A DNA stretch of 60,019 nucleotides, the filler included. It is 7 parts of 7 records of this genome, joined end to end, with 100 filler letters (N's around TTAATTAATTAA, not from the genome) between each part and the next. Parts side by side here need not be neighbours in the genome. Positions count along the whole stretch, not along the records: positions 54,796 to 60,019 come from SRR31156797_10209; 6 more parts are not named here. One strand, given 5' to 3'. Below, in pieces: positions 55,811 through 60,019 of this stretch (position 1 is its first letter; each line of letters opens with the position of its first letter). The notes beneath the pieces were generated by a model, which saw nothing but the letters and a program-made list of their open reading frames with translations, did not search any database and was not told the DNA's origin. The translations under genes and the position numbers were made by a program.

Positions 55811-57550
55811 ATGGATGAAATAAAAATAGGAGTTTATGTTTGCTGGTGCGGCACCAACATTGCAAAAATGGTTGATGTAGACGAGGTTGTTGAACAGGTT
55901 CAGGATCTGCCGGATATTGCTTTGGCGCGTAACTATAAATACATGTGTTCCGATCCGGGACAGGAAATGATTATTCGCGATATTAAACAGCACAAACTAA
56001 ACCGGGTGGTTGTTGCTGCTTGTTCTCCACGTATCCATGAACTCACTTTCCGTAAAGCACTGGCAAAAGCAGGATTAAATCCTATGATGTTTCAGATGGC
56101 TAATATCCGCGAACAGGTAGCCTGGGTGCATACCAACCGCGAAAAAGCCACTGAAAAAGCTGTGTCGTTGATAAATGCTGCCATCAACCGGGTAAAATGG
56201 CACGAATCTTTGGATAAACGTACCGTTGAGGTGAATCCGACTACCCTTGTAATTGGAGGCGGTGTAGCCGGAATGTCGGCAGCATTGGAGATTGCTGAAG
56301 CCGGGAAACCTGTTTTTCTGGTAGAAAAATCAAAAAAATTAGGCGGCCATGCTGCTGAGATCGACCTCACCTTTCCATACTTTTTCAGTGCACAACAACT
56401 TATAAAACCGATGATTCAACAAGTGGAAAACCACGATAATATCAAGGTTTTAAAACCAGCCGAAATAGAAGATATTTTTGGATACGTAGGAAATTTCGAA
56501 GCTACCCTTACAAATAAAGGCAATCAGGAAGAGAAGCTGAAGTTTGGAAATATTGTGGTTGCTACGGGTCTCCAAACCTTTGATCCATCATCCATTTCAA
56601 ACTACAATTATGGGGCATTACCCGATGTGGTTACTTCTCTTGAATTCGAAAAAATGCTTCGAAATGGAAGAATTGAAACCCAAAACGCTATCGAACCAAA
56701 AAACATCGCCATTATTCATTGTGTGGGAAGCAGAAATGCTGATTACCATGAATATTGTTCGCGAACCTGTTGTATGACGGCTTTAAAATTTGCCAACCAA
56801 ATTCGATCGGCATTACCAAAAACCCACGTATTTGATTTGTATGCCGACATGCGTGCCTTTGGAAAAGGCTGCGAAGAGTTGTATACACTTACCTCGCGTA
56901 AAGATGTTATGTTCCTGCGTTACGACCAGAACAATGGTCTCCCGGCAATTCGCAAAACCGATGGTAGCAGCGATTCTTCAATGCTGATAGAATTTAAAGA
57001 GCAGTTATCGAAAGAGGAAATTGAAGTTCCTGCCGACCTGGTAATTCTGATGGTTGCCATGGAAGCCCGTCCTGATGCAAAAAAAACGGCACATGCTGCA
57101 GGAATAAGCATGTGTGGCAACGACTTTTTTATTGAAAAACACCCAAAATTAGATCCTGTAGCGACGACTTCCGACGGGGTTTACATTGTAGGCTCCTGCC
57201 AGGCTCCAAAAGATATACCCGATTGTGTTTCGCAAGCACGTGCAGCAGCAGCACGGGTGCTGGCAACAATTCATGTGGGTACTGTTGAAGTGGATGTAAT
57301 AACTGCTGCTGTAAATGAAGATATCTGCTGCGGATGCCAGACATGTGTGAGTGTTTGCCCATACAAAGCCATTTCATTTAACGAAGAAAAAAGTGTGTCG
57401 GAAGTGAATGAAATTCTCTGCAAAGGCTGTGGAACCTGTGGATCCACCTGCCCTACCGGAGCCATACGCTCACGGCATTTTACCGATCAGCAAATCCTGT
57501 CGCAAATCAGGGGTTTGTTGTCTGAGCCAAATGAACTCGAAAAAATGTAA
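55811..57550 (+). CDS. hdrA: Heterodisulfide reductase subunit A-like flavoprotein (short form)
   Basis: GVYVCWCGTNI, YMCSDPGQ, AACSP, NIREQ, IGGGVAG, CVGSR, CSRTCCM, HPKLDP, C-terminal 2x CxxCxxCxxxCP. Confidence 0.93.
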   Translation: MDEIKIGVYVCWCGTNIAKMVDVDEVVEQVQDLPDIALARNYKYMCSDPGQEMIIRDIKQHKLNRVVVAACSPRIHELTFRKALAKAGLNPMMFQMANIREQVAWVHTNREKATEKAVSLINAAINRVKWHESLDKRTVEVNPTTLVIGGGVAGMSAALEIAEAGKPVFLVEKSKKLGGHAAEIDLTFPYFFSAQQLIKPMIQQVENHDNIKVLKPAEIEDIFGYVGNFEATLTNKGNQEEKLKFGNIVVATGLQTFDPSSISNYNYGALPDVVTSLEFEKMLRNGRIETQNAIEPKNIAIIHCVGSRNADYHEYCSRTCCMTALKFANQIRSALPKTHVFDLYADMRAFGKGCEELYTLTSRKDVMFLRYDQNNGLPAIRKTDGSSDSSMLIEFKEQLSKEEIEVPADLVILMVAMEARPDAKKTAHAAGISMCGNDFFIEKHPKLDPVATTSDGVYIVGSCQAPKDIPDCVSQARAAAARVLATIHVGTVEVDVITAAVNEDICCGCQTCVSVCPYKAISFNEEKSVSEVNEILCKGCGTCGSTCPTGAIRSRHFTDQQILSQIRGLLSEPNELEKM

Positions 57551-57553
57551 GTT

Positions 57554-57979
57554 ATGGAATTTGAACCAACAATCGTATCGTTTCTCTGTAACTGGTGCTC
57601 CTACACCGGAGCCGACCTTGCAGGAACTTCGAGAATGAAATATTCACCCAACGTAAGAATTATCAGGGTGATGTGTTCGGGCAGAATTGATCCAACTTTT
57701 GTTCTGGAAGCTTTTAAAGATGGTGCCGATGGTGTTTTATTGTGTGGCTGCCATCCTGGCGACTGCCATTATCAATCCGGCAATTACAAATGCCTGCGAC
57801 GTTACGACATGTTGCAGAAATATTTCAAGCAACTCGGAATCAATCCAAAAAGAATAAAACTCGATTGGATCAGCGCCAGCGAAGGAAAACAATTTGCCGA
57901 ACTAGCCGACTCGTTTACTGAAACTATCAGGGAACTTGGACCATGCAAGATTAAAGAAATAATCAATAACTATTCGTAG
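57554..57979 (+). CDS. mvhD: Hydrogenase iron-sulfur subunit D ([2Fe-2S])
   Basis: CNWCSYTGADLAG, RVMCSGR, GCHPGDCHY, WISASEG. Confidence 0.95.
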   Translation: MEFEPTIVSFLCNWCSYTGADLAGTSRMKYSPNVRIIRVMCSGRIDPTFVLEAFKDGADGVLLCGCHPGDCHYQSGNYKCLRRYDMLQKYFKQLGINPKRIKLDWISASEGKQFAELADSFTETIRELGPCKIKEIINNYS

Positions 57980-57990
57980 GAGGATAAATT

Positions 57991-59022
57991 ATGGCTGAAC
58001 AAGAAAGACCAAAAATAAAGCTGGCAATATACTGGGGTGCTGCCTGTGGCGGGTGCTGTGTTTCGGTTCTGGATGTACATGAAAAACTGTATGATGTGGT
58101 GGCATCAGCCGATCTTGTTTTCTGGCCCATCGCCCTCGACATTAAATACGCCGACGTGGAAGCCATGCCTGATCAACACATTGATGTGACACTTTTTAAC
58201 GGTGCTATCCGAAACAGCGAAAACGAACACATGGCCCGCTTATTAAGAAAAAAAACAAAAATTCTGGTTGCCTATGGATCTTGTTCTCACCTGGGTGGTA
58301 TCCCGGGATTGGCCAACCTCAGTACAAAACAAGAAATTTTTGAACGTGTTTACAATCAATCGGAATCAACAGTAAATAATGAAAAAACTATACCTCAGGA
58401 GAAAACAGAGGTAAAAGAAGGTATGCTAACACTGCCTGAGTTTTATAATGATGTTAAAACGTTGGGACAAACCGTTTATGTAGATTATTTCTTACCAGGC
58501 TGTCCACCACAAACCGAGCGCTTGTTGGAAGTTTTTATGGCTATCGTTAATGGCAATGAGTTGCCACCAAAAGGTTCTGTAATTGGTGCAACAGATAAAT
58601 CTCAATGCGATGAATGTAACCGCAAAAAAACAGACAACAAAATAATAAAAGAATTCCATCGCCCCTGGGAAATTGATGATGATGGCGAAACCTGCTTTTT
58701 AGAACAAGGAGTACTTTGTATGGGGCCAGCAACCCGCACTGGCTGTGGGCACCGCTGCATCGAATGTAATGCTCCCTGCCGCGGGTGTTATGGCCCTGCA
58801 CCCGATGTAATAGATCCGGGAGCTAAAATGATGTCGTCGGTAGCAACCATGATTGACGGTGATACACCCGAAGAAATTGAAAAGATACTGGAAAATTTAA
58901 TTGATCCGGCCGGATATTTCTATCGCTTTAGTATGCCCGCTGCCATACTTCGACGAAAGATTTATCAAAAAAAACAGTCGGAATTGCTATCAAAGGGTTC
59001 AGCAGATAAAGAGAAAATATGA
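57991..59022 (+). CDS. mvhG: Group 3c [NiFe] hydrogenase small subunit
   Basis: ACGGC, GAIRN, GSCS..GGIPGL, PGCPP, CDEC, CFLEQG..CMGPATR.GC, CRGCYGP. Confidence 0.9.
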   Translation: MAEQERPKIKLAIYWGAACGGCCVSVLDVHEKLYDVVASADLVFWPIALDIKYADVEAMPDQHIDVTLFNGAIRNSENEHMARLLRKKTKILVAYGSCSHLGGIPGLANLSTKQEIFERVYNQSESTVNNEKTIPQEKTEVKEGMLTLPEFYNDVKTLGQTVYVDYFLPGCPPQTERLLEVFMAIVNGNELPPKGSVIGATDKSQCDECNRKKTDNKIIKEFHRPWEIDDDGETCFLEQGVLCMGPATRTGCGHRCIECNAPCRGCYGPAPDVIDPGAKMMSSVATMIDGDTPEEIEKILENLIDPAGYFYRFSMPAAILRRKIYQKKQSELLSKGSADKEKI

Positions 59023-59069
59023 ATTAAATGATATAAATACTGGAATTGGAAAAAACCTGATGGCATAAA

Positions 59070-59090
59070 CGGACTTCGCACTTCGGACTT
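59070..59090. repeat. Three tandem heptamers
   Basis: CGGACTT-CGCACTT-CGGACTT in the mvhG-mvhA spacer. Confidence 0.6.
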
Positions 59091-59115
59091 CCAGGTTCCT
59101 GCAAAAATTTTAATT

Positions 59116-60019
59116 ATGAGACAGATTACAATAGATCCGATTACCCGTCTTGAAGGACATGGCAAAATTGAAATTTTCCTTGATGATGAAGGTGAAGTGG
59201 ACAATGTATATTTCCAGGTTCCCGAACTTAGGGGATTTGAAAAATTCTGTGAAGGCAGACCGGTGGAAGAGCTTTCACAAATTGTTACAAAGATTTGTGG
59301 GGTATGCCCGGGTTGTCATCATATGGCTTCGGGCAAAGCAATAGATGCAGTGTTTGGAGTTGAACCGCCTCCTACCGCAAAAAAATTACGCGAACTGTTT
59401 TATATGGCACACTTTGTACACAGCCACATTGCTCATTTCTATGCCTTGGCAGCACCCGATTTTGTGGTTGGACCAACAGCTGCCAAAGCCGAACGCAACA
59501 TCCTGGGTGTAATTAACAAAGTGGGAACCAAAACCGGTACCGAGGTAATCCATCAGCGTAGACTGGCGCAGGAAATACAAGCCATGTTGGGAGGTCACCA
59601 AACCCATGTGGTTATGAACATGCCTGGTGGTGTACGTAAAAGGTTAAACGAAGAACAACGTGAAGACATTGAAAAACGTGCATTGGGATTTATCGAGTTC
59701 GCAAAGTTCTCATTGGAACTGTTCCAAAACGTGGTACTCGAGAACAAGGAATATGTCGACATCATTCAGAATGGCCCCTATAATCTGAACCTGCACTCCA
59801 TGGGGCTTGTGGATGAAAACAATTTCGTGAACTTTTACGATGGAAAAGTAAGGGTAGTCGACACCGAAGGAAAAGAACACTGTAAATATGCTCCCGAAGA
59901 TTATAGGGATTTTGTGGAAGAACGGGTTGAACAGTGGAGTTACCTGAAATTTCCTTACCTGAAAAAAATAGGATGGAAAGGTTTTGTTGAAGGACAAGAT
60001 TCCGGCGTGTACCAGGCAA
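59116..60019 (+). CDS. mvhA: Group 3c [NiFe] hydrogenase large subunit, 3'-truncated at window end (not in ORF track)
   Basis: Manual translation open to the end: IDPITRLEGHG, ELRGFE, KICGVCPGCH, HFY..APDF, YLKFPYLK. Confidence 0.92.
   Translation, partial: MRQITIDPITRLEGHGKIEIFLDDEGEVDNVYFQVPELRGFEKFCEGRPVEELSQIVTKICGVCPGCHHMASGKAIDAVFGVEPPPTAKKLRELFYMAHFVHSHIAHFYALAAPDFVVGPTAAKAERNILGVINKVGTKTGTEVIHQRRLAQEIQAMLGGHQTHVVMNMPGGVRKRLNEEQREDIEKRALGFIEFAKFSLELFQNVVLENKEYVDIIQNGPYNLNLHSMGLVDENNFVNFYDGKVRVVDTEGKEHCKYAPEDYRDFVEERVEQWSYLKFPYLKKIGWKGFVEGQDSGVYQA

Overview
The window is not one locus. It is a concatenation of seven contigs joined by six identical artificial 100-bp linkers (N44-TTAATTAATTAA-N44). 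(1) 1-12849: AT-rich, Arcobacter-like (Campylobacterota) housekeeping DNA (dtd, dsbD, psd, partial mltA) with a KAP-type NTPase, an ERIC-like 123-bp palindromic element and an orphan minimal nucleotidyltransferase. (2) 12950-21400: about 50% GC, Desulfobacterota-like; encodes a cysteine synthase fused to a cysteinyl-tRNA-synthetase-like domain lacking the HIGH and KMSKS motifs, plus DUF6178-like and PAS hybrid kinase genes. (3) 21501-27253: Arcobacter-like; GntP permease, poxB, ghrA, mgsA. (4) 27354-35658: Bacteroidota; pheT, a deletion relic of an ECF-sigma/DUF2063-type operon, a PTE-family lipoprotein and the start of a V-type ATPase operon. (5) 35759-42125: Bacteroidota; rpoZ, coaBC, DUF4835, recN, fabI, cysDN. 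(6) 42226-54695: AT-rich anaerobe of uncertain phylum; regulators and detox genes, including a MerR-type long-spacer promoter driving a LysE/ArgO exporter. (7) 54796-60019: Bacteroidota-like; QmoC-like membrane subunit, HdrA, MvhD, MvhG, MvhA. Best candidates for undescribed biology: the cysteine synthase/pseudo-CysRS fusion and the putative membrane-linked Mvh-HdrA bifurcating hydrogenase. Taxonomy and family calls come from motif recognition and composition only; no searches were run. No rRNA, tRNA or CRISPR array was recognised.
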